From positions 558,001 through 622,000 of the forward strand of contig NW_020847079.1 of assembly GCF_003704095.1 (NCBI RefSeq): a stretch of 64,000 nt of DNA, written 5' to 3'. The notes beneath the pieces are model-generated. The model ran no database searches. It saw only the letters and a list, made by a program, of their open reading frames with translations, and was not told the DNA's origin. Positions 37,048-49,678 of the stretch are shown one piece after another (the first letter of the stretch is position 1; every line of letters starts with the position of its first letter). Made by a program: the position numbers and the translations under genes. Origin of the DNA: Pocillopora damicornis (Eukaryota).

Positions 37048-38151
37048 TTAGTGCTTTCGTAGATTTAAATACCTTGTACACAACAGTACTACTGAAGTGT
37101 TTCCGAGAACGACTAAGATCGTTAACAAAATACTGTTTGAGAATGTGGGTCCTGGGAGTGGCTCGATGATAGCCCTTCTCTGCTGCATATCTAGTTCAAC
37201 AGCTGAAAACTCATCTGCTGCACCGATCGCGCACAGAATATGAAGGAAGTGATGGCTGTGCCCTACCACGTCGAAAACTCCAATCATTAGACGTTCTGGG
37301 ACGCGGAAAACATAAGCAAGCGTCCCACCCGCGTAGAATAGACAGTGACGAGTGAAATACTGCACGGATTGAGGGCTGCTACAAGTTGATGTTGTGTTAC
37401 ATAATGATAACATTGTCCAATAAGGTGAAGTGTTGAACAGCCACGAGCTAATGTAAGTACTCGCTTTTAAAGCTGCATCGAAACGACTTGTGCTGCAAAA
37501 CGAGTAGCAACACGCCAACGTCGATGCAAAAGAAATGGCGGCGGAGATCGCTAGGAACAGAGCGGGAGTGTTGAATATCAACCAAGTTGTGTTCACCGGC
37601 CTGGAATAAAAATAAAACACTTGACCAGCCGTGAAGGTGTACACGCTAATGGCAGCATAATCGAAAAAGAAGCATACGTGGCAAGCCTTAGTGGACATGC
37701 AATTGAACAAGTGCGCGCTGACACTCATAGCAAGCATTACACAAATCCCGAATGCAAAGCACAGCAGTGGATACACGAACGGATCTTCCTGCAGCTTGTG
37801 TTTGGCGAAGACAGAAGCAAAACGAAGCATGAAAACAGCAAACGCCAAAACATGACTCCAAATGTTGATCGTCTCGTTGGTGGCTTGAAACAAGCTTTTG
37901 AAACAATCCCACGCAGACGAATCACACTTACGATAACTCGATACTATGAACGGTTGGCGAAAAAACGAAGGTACTTTGTCAAAATTTACCAAATCATTTG
38001 AGATGTCAGTTTCCTTCTCCAATTCGCACTTGTTTCGTGTGATGTTCCAGTTATTGTCTTTTTGGTTATTATTTTTACTGATCAGCGCTTTAGTGGCCCC
38101 ATAAAATCCCTTTCCTGTTCGTGTTGGCACGTTGGATTGCCGATTCTTCAT
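37048..38151 (-). CDS. PAQR family (HlyIII) membrane progestin receptor-like protein, intronless, 367 aa
   Basis: First ATG at 38151. PAQR motifs PFIVSSYR, NETINIWSH, SVSAHLFNC, FFDY and PER..G.FD..GHSHHFLH, with 7-8 hydrophobic segments. Confidence 0.92.
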   Translation of the reverse strand: MKNRQSNVPTRTGKGFYGATKALISKNNNQKDNNWNITRNKCELEKETDISNDLVNFDKVPSFFRQPFIVSSYRKCDSSAWDCFKSLFQATNETINIWSHVLAFAVFMLRFASVFAKHKLQEDPFVYPLLCFAFGICVMLAMSVSAHLFNCMSTKACHVCFFFDYAAISVYTFTAGQVFYFYSRPVNTTWLIFNTPALFLAISAAISFASTLACCYSFCSTSRFDAALKASTYISSWLFNTSPYWTMLSLCNTTSTCSSPQSVQYFTRHCLFYAGGTLAYVFRVPERLMIGVFDVVGHSHHFLHILCAIGAADEFSAVELDMQQRRAIIEPLPGPTFSNSILLTILVVLGNTSVVLLCTRYLNLRKH

Positions 38152-39107
38152 GCTCTCACAAATTAACAATCTCTTTCAACTGACCCAGTGCAATAATGAT
38201 TATGTTTGGGTAGCTGCTCTCTTTCTTTGGCTTTTTACCAGTTCATTGTGTTGTAAATATTCCGCAATTGCGCTTATTGTTTACGACATACATCTTTGAG
38301 TGCTACGCTTCAGTTATAATACGAAAAAAAAAAACGAGTTTCATCACAGAGAGCTGTACACAAGATGAAGAATACGAAAACTTGGCACTAGTTATTTTAC
38401 CAGTTTTCATTAAATATGAAACACAATTATTGGCATTTTACCCATTAAACGGAATTACTTTTGGAATAATGAATGCTAAGTCCCTTACAAAGTCCACAAA
38501 ACCACAGACATGTAAATAGGCATGTCCTATTAGACGTGCAAAGAGTATTTTTCTTAAGAAGGGGTGCATAACTAAGAAAAGAACCAGCTGACGGGTGATT
38601 TCAACAAATTTTAAAAGCGAAAATGAAGAAAAAAGACTTACGACGAAGCAATAACAAAATGTGAACTTCTGGTGCTAAATAGCAAACGATATGGCAGATT
38701 TTGCAAAACAGTGAAGCTATGTTAAAGAGCCGAAGGTCATCTTAGGGTTGGGGGGGGGGGGGTGGTTGCGCGCCCCCTGCACCCCTCCCCGGAATTCTCC
38801 CTTGTGTATAATAATGCTACAACAGCGTTATGCAAATAATGTTAATACCGTAAGAGTGACCTTCGTTTAGGCCAGGAAACGTTTCCACGCCCTAAAAAAT
38901 ACGTACTTGAACAATATAAATTTGAAGCCATTTTCAACTAAACAAATGAAACACTGTTCATGGTATTCATTAAAGCCTGGCAGTAGCTCAGAGGAAAATT
39001 AACGCCTTTTAGTTTGGCACTGTATAGTTAATGGGTGATGACCTGCTCAGCAGATCGGAAAAGGGTTTTATTATATCTTTTAACTGCAGATTAAGAAATG
39101 AACATGA

Positions 39108-39374
39108 AGCGATATTTGCAGCAATGAACACTACTTAAGCAATAGTGAAAATAAGGCCTGAAATATATATTTAAAGTCACTAATTTATCACTTCACGGGT
39201 TTATTTGGAACCAACATAATGACTAGCTCCCCCCATGGCCTGTTAGCTCAGGTGGTAGAGCACTGCACCGGTATCGCAGAGATCATGGGGTCAAATCCCG
39301 TACAAGCTTGAATTTTTTTTTCAGGCCTTATTTTCACTATTGCTTAAGAAGTGTTCATTGCTGCGAAGATCGCT
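39108..39374 (+). mobile_element. tRNA-derived SINE-like element enclosed by about 56 bp inverted repeats
   Basis: tRNA-like core at 39237-39308 (TAGCTCAGGTGGTAGAGC A-box, GGGTCAAATCCC degenerate B-box). 39108-39163 is the reverse complement of 39319-39374. Confidence 0.75.
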
Positions 39375-40815
39375 ACCGATACCGTGCCACGTGTCTTGAA
39401 CTCTCTGTTCACGTGCTTTCCCTTTGTCTTCGTCAGTCAAATACAGAACAGACCACTCAAAATATTTTTTCAAACAAGAACCTGTTCAGTTGTTGGCTTA
39501 GCTCTCGAGAAAGAAAAGTTACATAGAAATGAGGAGAAGGCTTAACTGAAGAAAATATACTAAAAAAATTGTCATTCTTTAAGAAAATTTGAATATATGA
39601 TAAACGACACAAAAGATCAATATCATAATTATCAGCTTTACAAGTCATTAGTTTGTTTTTGACACGACATTTTACGCCACGGACAAAGTTCGTATCTTCT
39701 GTGCGAGTTTTGCGACATTTCTAAACTTGGGAAGAATATGGAGATGTTAGAAACGAAAAAGCGAAAATTAAACGTTATGTTGAAATTATTCCGAAATATT
39801 AATGGTTCATAACTATCTTTTAGAAAATTATCAACAAAATAGGTCACCTGTCGAGCATGTAAAACTGGGTAAACAGTCATGCATGTAAATTGTTTTAATT
39901 TCAATTGAAAACAGCACTATTTAAAATAATTAGACGTTTGTAATAACATAGTTTTAAGGAAAGAAAGGAAATATCATTTACTACCGATTCAAATTTGGTC
40001 GAAGAAATTCTCGACACTTCAGACTGTCCATCTTTATAGTCTTCTTGTACATTCAGGAGAAACGTCAAAATACTGTACGTACATGTGTGGATCAGGTCAA
40101 CACGGGGTCGATGGAGGTTACATTTTTTTTTTTTTTTAAGAATTAGACTAACCACAAATAGAAGTAAAAGAACGACAGAAGAAATAAAGGATGACAAAGC
40201 ATGGCGGACTGCAACTAACAAACTTGATTTAATCTATGCTAATTATTCCGTAATGTACTGACCACAAATATCATCTTGCAGATGCGTAAATTTATATACT
40301 ATTGTGAAAGAAAAAATTGCGTCTATAACTCTTCGCCATGAGAGCAGTTGTCTTAATTATGCATGCTGAAAACAGTGTTTTTAAGATTAAGAGTTCTAAA
40401 AACTTCGAATGCTTAACAGTTTCTTGGTGAGAAATTTATTGAGTGCGTGAATTAGTTTGAGGTGCATCAAAGTTGGTCTCGAACCTTCTCGAGTTTTTCT
40501 TGTGATACTTTTTGTATATTATGATTATCTCCGTGGAGAACAGACGCATGATGGAAGAGGTGAATGTTTTGTCTACCAAGGCCTACTATAAATGAGATGC
40601 GCGAGGAAGTCGAAGTTCAAAGTCCCATGGTTGCTTGAAAAATTTGAAATTTGAATTTAAAATATGACACAAATGAATTGGATATTTACGATTCAGTGAA
40701 CTGGAACGAAGTCGGCGAAAGAGAGCAGTCCTAAAAACGAAACCATTAAACCGCCTCAGCTAAAAAAAAACTGGACCGTTCTTTTCCAGAACGCAGACCC
40801 TTTTTACGAGACAGG

Positions 40816-41316
40816 ATGAAACGAAAGTGCAAAGTGGCCATCGGAACAGATAATGAACGCCTTATTAGCGAAAGTGGTCTTAAAAAAAGCAACAAAAAGA
40901 ATATCGTGACAACCAAAAGCAAACTGGAAGAAGCTGACACGTCCAGTGACTTGGTGGATTTCGACAAAGTTCCTTCTTTTTTCCGCGAGCCGTTTATAAT
41001 ATCGAGTTATCGCAAGTGTGATTCGTCCGCGTGGTACTGTTTCAAAAGCTTGTTTCAAGCCACCAACGAGACGATCAACATTTGGAGTCATGTTTTGGCG
41101 CTCGCTGTTTTCATGCTTCGCTTTGCATCTGTCTTCGCCAAACACGAGCCGCGGGAAGATCCGTTCGTGTATCCACTGCTGTGCTTTGCATTCGGGATTT
41201 GTGTAATGCTTGCCATGAGTGCTGGCGCTCACTTGTTCAACTGCATGTCGATCAAAGCCCGTCACGTATGCTTCTTTTTCGATTATGCTGCCATTAGCGT
41301 GTACACCTTCACGGCT
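40816..41316 (+). CDS. Second PAQR/membrane progestin receptor-like gene, 5' part only (interrupted by an assembly gap)
   Basis: Nearly identical to the minus-strand PAQR from DLVDFDKVPSFFR through AAISVYTFTA, with a divergent N-terminus. The ORF runs into Ns at 41317. Confidence 0.85.
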
Positions 41317-41649
41317 NNNNNNNNNNNNNNNNNNNNNNNNNNNNNNNNNNNNNNNNNNNNNNNNNNNNNNNNNNNNNNNNNNNNNNNNNNNNNNNNNNNN
41401 NNNNNNNNNNNNNNNNTATACGGTTTGTGGTGGTCATTTGATCTAACCAGTTCCGAGTAAGGAAACAATAGATCATAAAAGTGGGAAATGTAAAAATGAA
41501 TAAATTGTACACAAACGGAAAAGCAATTAATTTCCTGGTTTGACGGATGTTTGAACAACGGATAGACAGAATGAATAACGACTTGAAGAAGTAAATTAAT
41601 GAATTACTGACTGAACGCATAAACGAGTAATGTGGGTAGATTGTGGAAG

Positions 41650-41805
41650 AAACGAAAGGATAAACGAACTAACGTACAACGTACCAACGAAAGAACGAAC
41701 ACACGAACGAACGAACACATGAACGAACGTGCCAACGAAAGAACGAACACACGAACGAACGAATGAACGAACGAAAAAACGAAGAACAGACAAACAGATG
41801 AACGC
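41650..41805. repeat. (AACG)n-type microsatellite
   Basis: GAACGAACGAAC runs, including an internal duplicated unit. Confidence 0.9.
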
Positions 41806-42699
41806 ATGAGGATTTCTGAATTTAGTATTTCTTAAAGAAAATGTAATCTCAATAGTATATTAGAATATGCCCTTTGCAGCTAGAGGTCACGTACTTGGAT
41901 ACCGGGTAGCAACGCAAATTGGAGAGCAAGCGTTCCAATATGGAATAGGAAGTTCACAAGAGGTCACGCACGTGTGCTTGTAAAACAATATTTTGTACAG
42001 ATGAAAGCTTGTACTGGTATTTCCGTTTCCACAAAGCAAGTAAGGTTTAGTGTAGAAGTTTTAGTTTGGTATGATTTTAAAGTTGGAATAGGTTTCTTTG
42101 CGGCGAAATCGCGAATACACTGGTAGCGCCAACCCGTTCGATGGCCAATGTAGTGTATTGAGAACACAATAAAAGTACTTGCACCAATTTTTGTAATATC
42201 ACTGTGGGATTACTCAATGATATAACAGTACTTTAATCAAGTAACATGAATGTACCAGAGGTGGATCGATGAATAGAAACAGAATATAGAAAACAATTCA
42301 AGAGTGAGTTTGTCATCTAAATGAATACACAACAGCTAACAAACATGGCGACTACACAAGGTATATACTTTCAAACTCATCTTCCTTTTTTTGTCTGTAA
42401 TATCAGGACTTCCTAAGGCTCTGGAAGAAAATTCTGCAACATAAACGAGACTTGCGTGGGATTTAACGGCATTTCATGGTCGATCAGTAGAGATATTTTT
42501 CGAGTGATTGCGTGCACAAACGTATGTTTCGTGCTTAGTTTACATCGCTAAAGACAGTTTGTAAGACTAATATTACTTCTTTCAACCGTAAAAAATTAGT
42601 GGAAGAAGTGACTCAAGATCTATCGGTTTTCCCAACACTGACCTTTGATGATGTCAGTTTGCTTGAACAATTAGCAACAAGTCATCTTTGATTCCCTAG

Positions 42700-43350
42700 A
42701 AGACTGGCCACTGAAGTGTCACTCAAAAGTACGGGAACAGACAATTACACAGAGCTTAAGTGACACGGGCATCTTCTCAGAAAGAAAAGGATCACTACTA
42801 GTAAGTTTGGAGTTGTTGCTCGTCATGTAGCCAGTTTTGATTCTCTGGTAACGTAGCTAAACCCCAGCAGATATGTACAAAGAGCACACATGGGAAGGGG
42901 GATGGAACTTGAACCTCATTCAGCTATGGTTTACGCCAATACTGCAAAGGGAACCAGGGAGAGTTAATCTCTTCCCACCAGGATTGATCATCCATCCTGA
43001 TTGCCCATGGTTAGGGTGCAGCCCAGATGAAAAAGTGTATGACTAGATGCTGTAAACAATGGTCAAAACCCCTTTGGTTTGCTAGAAATTAAAGTTGTAA
43101 AAGAAGGGGAGACATCATTTGATAATGTTAGGTATCTTACCAGGGATAATACCACAAACCAGTATTTGTGAAAGAAAACTGATATCTACTATTATCAAGT
43201 TTAATGTCCACTGGGCCTCACTGGATTAGATTGGTGTGATTTCTTTAGTTACATAGATGATAACTTGTTTTTTTGCAAAAGAATTGTTTTTGATTCAATA
43301 TTTTTCCAGTAAAATGAAGACAAGGTGGACAGTTTTTTCTTTAGTCATTG
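42700..43350 (+). pseudogene. YqaJ/lambda-exonuclease-like nuclease pseudogene (transposon-borne)
   Basis: Manual translation across stops and frameshifts: RKKRITTSKFGVVAR, MGRGMELEPHSAMVY, GLIIHPDCPWLGCSPD, FGLLEIK, YYYQV*..LGLTGLDWCDF, KRIVFD. This follows the PD-(D/E)xK YqaJ pattern. Confidence 0.8.
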
Positions 43351-44095
43351 ATACACTGACTGTTCTTCAACACATACTATGGTCAATTACAGAAACGTGA
43401 TAATGCATGTTATACAGAGGATATACAATATTAGAATGTAATATTTCCTGCATATCATAATTATAATTTGTGAAGTCAATTTAGCTTTTGCATAAAAACT
43501 GGTAAATTGCAAGCTTACATTCTAGCAATAAACCAAGTTGACTCAGTAGAATGACACATGAAGATATGTTGAATTTAGTATCAGTACTGTTACACTTTGA
43601 ACTATTATGTAAAATGGGTAGTCATAGACATCTATGAAGTGTCATGTAATTCTTTTTATTGACACTTTTCACTGTTTTTTTTAAACTACAACATATATTA
43701 AGCTTATTCATTTTGCTTGTCACTATCAGCTAAAATCAGTGGTCCTTCAAAATTTGTAAGAAGACAGGCTACAGAAAATAATTGATTAACTGAATCTAAG
43801 TAGATAAGGAGCATCTGAATCAAAAAAGTCATATTCTTTGACCCTTCTAAAAGCCCGTTCAACCACAGGCGGCTCAAGCTCCCGTACCGAGAAAAAGCCA
43901 ACGATTAATTCATGAACGCGTCACGCGTTGTATGACTTGGTGTTAAGTTACGAGAGGAACCGTTGGAAATTTGAACACGTTATAAGGAATAGTATGGGGA
44001 ACGAAATATGGTCGATTTACAACGATAAATATTTCGAAATATGAATATTTTACACGTAAAATCAATAACACTTACTCACATCCTTTGTGTCCGTC

Positions 44096-44217
44096 GTAGT
44101 TTCAGGCGATTTCTTCTGTTTTACCGTCTTCTTGCTTTACCGTCACTGTTGTTCCTTTGACAGGAATAACAGTGATGGTAAAGCAAGCTTAAAACAGCAG
44201 AAATCGCCGGAAACTAC
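44096..44217. repeat. 122 bp near-perfect hairpin
   Basis: GTAGTTTCAGGCGATTTCTTCTGTTTTA..CTTGCTTTACCGTCACTGTTGTTCCT-TTGAC-AGGAATAACAGTGATGGTAAAGCAAG..TAAAACAGCAGAAATCGCCGGAAACTAC. Confidence 0.85.
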
Positions 44218-45048
44218 ATACCCAATAAAATTATTTTGAATCTTTATCTGTGCCAAATCTCTCCAGCCCAAAATTATTGAGTGCCAATTGTTCAGCGGCT
44301 TGCCTTTTTATTTTTTCAATCTCTCTTACAGCTTGGGTTTTCACTACTTTTACTTCCTCTTCAACTACTTTAGTTTCATCTCTAATTTCCTGTCGCTGTT
44401 CTTGCAAAGCCAGTAGCTGTGCCTTGATGGACTGAATTTCTGATTGTATGCTGTCTATGGGTGGCCTAACTTCTGATGGACTTTCATGCTCATCATCACT
44501 CTTATCTGCTTGGGTATCTCTGCGAAGAAAAGAGCAAAATAATGTTATTGAAATATTTTCAGATTACCATGAGTACAATTTATTAATTAATGCACTGAAT
44601 TTTCATAAGGAATCAATTTTACTAAAATGGCATCACTGAAATATTCACGTTTGATCATCGACACCTTTCCACTCGAATGTGTCCGTTATGGTATGGGCAA
44701 ATGAATTTCCGTAAAATTGTCCTGCGACGAGGCGATTCCCACACTACCCAGTATGAAGAGGGTGATCTCCTGAAAAAGATTTACATGCAGAAAACCACGC
44801 CAAAAGAACTTGACCCCTTTTCATTTGATACGGGAGATGACCTTCAAAACAGGTTTAATGGATTTTGATCAACCAAACGTCATAGGCTGCGTGACAAACT
44901 CGAATGACAGCATTATAGAGGTAAGCGGTTGCTGCCAATTCCAATTCAGATGTGGACGCGACTCACTAGAGTGGAAGATGTTTTCACATAGTGTAACGTG
45001 GTGTGTTTTTTCGCTATTTTAACCGACTTTCCGTGGCCTTTAAGCAAG

Positions 45049-48000
45049 ATGATGGAAGAAGAGGACTCGTATGGCTTTGAGCAAACTCTGGTAAGTAGTA
45101 TTGCTCTACCCGTAATGAATTCACTCGCATTGTGAACAACTTTGTATCCAGACGCGAATGGTGTGTGGATCTGCTGCGGCAAAGTATTTCACCATCGTAA
45201 CTTGAATGAGCATTGCTACGTGTAACTTACGCTTTCGTGATTGTAATTTTTAATATTGTTACTCGCTGTGATTTATTCTTGAAGGAAAATTAAACCATTG
45301 AGCATCAGACACAAACAGATATATGTTTTAACACATTCAAAGCATTTTGCCCTCGTTGGTTACAATGTTATCCGAAAGGAAAGATATCGTTTTCAGTGTT
45401 TCTCACTTCTCAACAGGAATCATTTTTATTCAAGCATACATCGACTCAGAGTTATGATTACCTTTAAGCTCCTGCGAAATATATCTACAACTGTTATGTT
45501 TTTTAAAAGTGACTATGAAGAGATTTAGGCTAATGCTCAAGCTTGGATGTTTATACAACTTTGAAAATATAAACATCACTTTCTTTTCGCAAGATCAATG
45601 ATATTAATTCTAATATTAAAGTTATTCATTTTTTCTTGATATTGTCAACGATCCTTCGTAAACTGTCGAGTTAAGATTGTTAGGAAATCAATCCTTATTT
45701 TATGACGTGTTGATTTTATTAAGTGAGCTGCTTGTCCAATTATTTCTTCCACTATCGGTATATATGAGAAGAGCATCAAACAAACAGCTGGCAATTTTCC
45801 CATAAAAAAATATCTGTCACGTTTAATCAGCTGTGGTTTTGATTCGTTCACCTGAGGAATCACATGTGTTCAAATGTGTTGGTCGTTCGCAGTGTTATTT
45901 TCTAATATAAGAGGTGTAAAAACATGTCATCAGATACATTTACCACCGTATTTCTCAGTCGTAGAGCAGAGTATGATAACATTAAAGGTCACTCAATGAC
46001 CATCATATATCACTACATGTCATTCCAGTTTAAGAACCAAAATATTGTACTTTTTGTGAATGAGAGATGCCATAAGATAATGAATTTACATTAGCATTCC
46101 TTTCAAATGATCTTCTTGGTAAGAATTGTATTTTGTCTCGCTAATGCAGGGCTTCCAACTAGACAGTAAACAATGATAGATCTTGACAAGATCTTTTGCA
46201 TGCCATGCAATTTTTACCCTGTGTCTTAAAGCAGTCAGCTATGGCAAAATGTCTGGCAGTCAGAAATTTTTACAGAATTTCCACTAAAAGGTTCTTTCAA
46301 ATTTCTTAAGAGCATCAATGTTTGTTTAGAATGTCAAGCGATTCCAAAAGTTACTGCAGGATTTAAGACAACAAATCTTTCTGTGCTTTTACTTTCCATA
46401 AAATGGATGTTAAATGAAAAAACATTTTTGATCTAGTGATATATGGCATCCACAAGCTTGGAATATTTGTCCACTAAAAAAACCATGGTAATTTTTGGAA
46501 GTGCTTGGCATTTCTACACAAACATCAAACATTCTCATTAGCTTTGCATGAGGTATTTTGTGGGAATACTGTCAATATTTCTGAGTGTTGGGTACTGCTT
46601 CAAATGGATTAAATGCCCTGCAGTCTATGGAAATTCTGTGAAAGTTTATGACCTCAGGGCATTTAGTCCATTTAGACTGTGAGTGGCTGCCATGTATTTA
46701 GACACGGCTTCATTTTAAATCTAAGCAAACAAGCATTCAGAAAAGGACTTTTGTGCCATATTCTGCAGACCAGTCTATTATCTTTTCCAAAACAGATGTT
46801 GACCTTACTGAAGAATGACATGCCATAGTCTAGCTGACTATGCTTTGTAAAAAAATGAAGTTTACATTGTAAAATAGCTAGGTATAAGAAAATATTTTTA
46901 GCAATTATATGGCTTTGAAGATTTGTCCTTCAAAATCCATGGTAATCACTTTGCTTTTCTAAACAATCATCAAACCAACATTAGGTTTGCATGAAGTATT
47001 TTGTGGAAATTCAGTGAATTGACACATTTTCTTGTAAATTACATGAAGTTGCAATAATTTGGTGTTAGATCAAGATGACAACTTCTACCTGATGTGTTTG
47101 TGTATTCTCATTACCTGTTTGCTGGATTATATATGACGATTACAGGGAGAATTCATATGTTAATCACTTCTGGAAGTTAATAGAGATAATAGTGTGTGAA
47201 GAAGGATCAAGGATAGATAAGGATGGAGAGGATTAACCCTTTAACTCCCAAGGTCTGATTGTTAATTCTCCCCTCTATCTGCTACACATTTACTTGTAAA
47301 TTAGTTATGAGATTTTGGTGTTAGATCAAGTTAACAACATCTACCTGATAAGTTTGAATATTCTCATCACCTGTTTACTGGATAATGTAAGGATATTATA
47401 GGGAGAAGTTTCATGTTGATCACTTCTGGGAGTTAAGGGGTTAAGTGGGATTGCAAACAATTTGTGCAACAATTTTCAAGATGCACAGATTGTGTTGCTG
47501 TTCTTTTAAAGCATATTCTGTCATATTTACTCACTGTTTGTTATTCTCAATATCTAGATGTATGGTCGTTTTACGACCACACAACTTCAGAAATATGCTA
47601 AAGAACAAGGTGCACGGCTACGAAGAGAACAGCAGCAAAGGAGAGGAGAACAACAAGAAGCAGACGATGACTTTAGAACTTATGACAGTTCGTGGCTTGG
47701 ATCAGTGAAAAGTGAGTAAACTTGAAGCTGGAACAATTATATTATGGAAATAATGTTCAAGCTTGAAGGATAGAACATGTATGTGACATGCTGATTTACA
47801 GGGATACTTGACAAGCCAGTCTCATGCTATGATGAAGTGAATTTTTGTGAAGATCTTTGAAAACAAATTTTTTTGTTCTCCCAACAAGTTGGGCTGAGTT
47901 TGTGTGATGATTGCGTTTAATTCATAAAATAAGGTTTTGGATACTCTACAACCAACGAGGTTGCAGCAACTTTTTGCCTAATTTGTCCATCAAAATTACA

Positions 48001-49644
48001 GCAACTTCTTAACAGACCTTAAAGAAATTTTTGTCACTTGAGTGCAATCACAGTTTAGTATAAGTCTAGGAGAGTGGTTGTTCAGGTTTGTGCCCCTATT
48101 ACTGGACAAATTGTGTTATAACATTTGCTTAGACATCCAACTTTGAGTGAAGACCATCAAAACTAGTCTCAGCACCCCCATTACCCATTAAAAGGGGTAA
48201 TGCTCAAAACATCAGCTGTGAAATTCTTAATGGCTTCCAATTTATATTATCAACTCAGTTGATAATACCAAACAATCTTGTTCTTTTAGAACTTTTCTTT
48301 AGAAACTTGCCCCCTTTATGGTTTGGAGCATAGCTGCATTGGGATATACATAGTCTTTGAACATTTTGAAAGTGCCTATTTATTTTAAATTACACTTAGA
48401 ATCAGTTAATCCCTTGTTGATATTCACCTTTCTGCCTGTACTTTCAACTTTCATTATTAAATTTGAACTGTCCACTCCATGTGGAATTAATTAACACTCT
48501 CTCAGCCAATGGACATGCTGAAATTTTTTGCATCTTTATTTACCAGGCAGTTAAATGAACTCTCTTTGATAGAAGCAACAAAATAGATATCAAACCTTAA
48601 ACTGTCCTTCATTCTGTTATTTTTTAAATTTTTTTTTAAATTGTAGCTCAATAATTGAAAATAATAATAATAATAATAATTATTGCTCTGAACCTGTTCT
48701 AAGGGCAGTTGTGTCTTAACTTTAGTGAATAAAGAGAGCTTTTGATAGAGTATTGTTAACCCTTTAACTCCCTCAAGTGATCAACTTGTAACTTTTGCCT
48801 AAAATATCCCTACAAAGATCCCAACATTAAGGAACAAATTGTTACCTGGATCTAACACCAAATTTTTGTAACTTATTTACAAGGTAATGTGTAGCAGCTA
48901 GGGGGAAATTACCAATTAGATGTTGGTAATTAGAGGGTTGACCCTTCAATTTCCAAATGTGTCATGGTCAGCTAAAGTGTATATAAAATGTTTTCCTTCC
49001 TCTTTCTATGATGAAAAAACCATTACATCTAAGGAAACTACAAAACACAAAATTGAGATGATAGAAAATACATAACTCTTTAATTCTCAAGATCTGATCG
49101 TTAATTCTCCCCTTAACTGCGACGCATTTCATCAAAAATTATTTATGAGAATTTGTTGTTGAATCAAGATCACAATTACCCGACAATTTTGAGTATTCTC
49201 ATTACCTGTTTGCTGTATCATGTTGAGATGTTAAAGGGAGAAGTTACTTGTTAATCAATTGCCGGAGTTAAAGAGTTCAACAAACTGAATTATGACTTCA
49301 ATTTATCAGTGAAAATATGTTTTTCTCTTCAAAACAATAGTTTCTATGTTGTCATTTATTATTCTCTCAGTTAATTTATCAAAGATTCTACAGTGCAATA
49401 ATTTATTATACATTGCAGTTTAAATCATGTTTTTTTTTTATTGCCGGGGAAATGAATGACATTATTCTATGAAGAGGGAGAGGATAGGTGTTACAAACCT
49501 TAATTTTTCTTAGCCTTTATGTCATTTTACAAATGTATGGTCAAAATAGATTAATGGACCATAAGTGGTACAAGTTCCTGGAGAAACAAGAAAATTGATG
49601 CATTGTGTTAAAGGAATCAAGGGGTAGAATCACACTGCCTTTTG

Positions 49645-49678
<34 letters not shown>

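Larger units (their letters stand above)
41868..44520. mobile_element. ISL2EU/Harbinger-related DNA transposon relic (YqaJ on +, transposase fragments on -)
   Basis: Minus-strand fragments: a coiled coil ending NNFGLERFGTDKDS (44231-44519) and a C-terminal SVNQLFSVACLLTNFEGPLI (43704-43840), both resembling THAP/DDE_Tnp_4 transposases and convergent with YqaJ. Possible left end GCCCTTTGCAGCTAG at about 41868; no matching right TIR found. Confidence 0.6.

Noticed and set aside
39237-39308. Possible tRNA gene
   Set aside because: The T-loop is degenerate (GGGTCAAA), the anticodon arm is irregular, and it is embedded in a repeat with other copies in the window, so it is treated as a SINE head.
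37621-41297. Overlapping antisense and alternate-frame ORFs duplicated in both PAQR copies
   Set aside because: They are shadows of the PAQR coding sequence.
44946-45195. Minus-strand ORF with THAP-like RVCSKPYE and an upstream MVKYFAAA
   Set aside because: It is the antisense reading of ClC exon 1 ([14 protein letters not shown]|GTAAGT), which fits much better, and the zinc-binding Cys/His set is incomplete.
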